The notes beneath the pieces are model-generated. The model was not told where the DNA came from. It was given only the letters and a program-made list of their open reading frames with translations, and ran no database searches. This document shows, piece after piece, positions 63,540 to 64,000 of a stretch of DNA of 64,000 nt; position 1 is the stretch's first letter; each line of letters starts with the position of its first letter. The DNA comes from Verrucomicrobiota bacterium (GTDB lineage Bacteria; Verrucomicrobiota; Verrucomicrobiia; JAWXBN01; JAWXCD01). Where the stretch lies: positions 4,774 through 68,773 of the forward strand of contig JAWXCD010000130.1 of assembly GCA_034440535.1 (NCBI GenBank). The letters run 5' to 3'. A program made the translations under genes and the position numbers.

Positions 63540-64000
63540 AAGTATATATGTTTATATATACTATGTCAACACCTATTACTTCCCTCCTTGATCGCCTCCA
63601 ATCTCTTCCTGATCCCAGGATCAATCGCAGAAAGCTCCATCCACTCCCGGAGGTTCTGCTTATTGGGTTAAGCTGCATGCTCTGTGGCGGGGAGAACTTT
63701 ACTGATATGGAAGACTTTGCCCGCGCCAAAAAGGATTGGCTCAAAACGTTCCTTAAACTTCCCGGGGGTATCCCCTCCCATGACACCTTCAACCGTGTCT
63801 TTATGCTTGTGAAGTCGGAGCACTTTCTCGATCTATTGGTCCAGTGGACTCAAAGTGTCCGCCAGACTCTGGGTGCTGAAATCGTTTCAATTGACGGCAA
63901 GGCATTGCGCCGGGCCAAGCGACAGGGACAACCCGTGCCCTACATGGTTAACGCATGGGCCAAAGACAACGGGTTGGTTTTGGGGCAATACCGTGTGAAT
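63540..64000 (+). mobile_element. ISAs1-family insertion sequence (left end and 5' part of the transposase), truncated by the window edge
   Basis: Transposase ORF from 63563: MSTPITSLLDRLQSLPDPRINRRKLHPLPEVLLIGLSCMLCGGENFTDMEDFARAKKDWLKTFLKLPGGIPSHDTFNRVF is the canonical ISAs1 (DDE_Tnp_1-associated) N-terminal pattern. An AT-palindromic terminal region, agtatatatgtttatatatact, lies just upstream. Confidence 0.8.

Overview
This 64-kb window is mostly core genome, probably from a PVC-superphylum bacterium (Verrucomicrobia-like). The clues are an autotransporter-type beta-strand repeat protein ending in a PEP-CTERM sorting signal, a kinase–FGE fusion, a futalosine-pathway gene and roughly 48% GC.

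Backbone, in order:
- truncated C-N hydrolase (aguB-like, found only by manual translation at the left edge), gap, a DUF1287 protein, an AraC regulator, gluQ, and a TerC-family gene broken by two frameshifts
- a large membrane-anchored protein next to an M42 peptidase, then the lutCBA lactate-utilisation operon (minus strand), a DAGK-type lipid kinase, a stand-alone receiver, holA and a peroxiredoxin
- a 1070-aa PEP-CTERM repeat protein
- rhodanese, a pta-like gene, hflX and miaA
- an 805-aa receiver–DUF4388–degenerate kinase–TM–FGE fusion with an adjacent membrane-anchored TPR protein
- glyQS, a GT2 glycosyltransferase, a radical-SAM mqnC/E gene, an adk-like gene and fmt
- a Phd/VapC toxin–antitoxin pair, acs and a GlsB-family protein
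- the classic minus-strand block rpoC–rpoB–rplL–rplJ–rplA–rplK–nusG–secE–tRNA-Trp–tuf–tRNA-Thr
- a roughly 2.2-kb low-complexity, AT-rich islet with two orphan genes lying at the 3' end of an initiator-like tRNA-Met
- lepA, lepB, cinA, an AraC regulator and ppdK
- a GC-rich methyltransferase islet ending in an ISAs1-family transposase at the right edge.

There is no CRISPR array, integrase or recognisable defence system. The most unusual content is the REC–pseudokinase–FGE signalling module, the tRNA-fMet-adjacent orphan islet, and the doubly frameshifted TerC gene. All domain calls are by eye from the translations; no searches were run.
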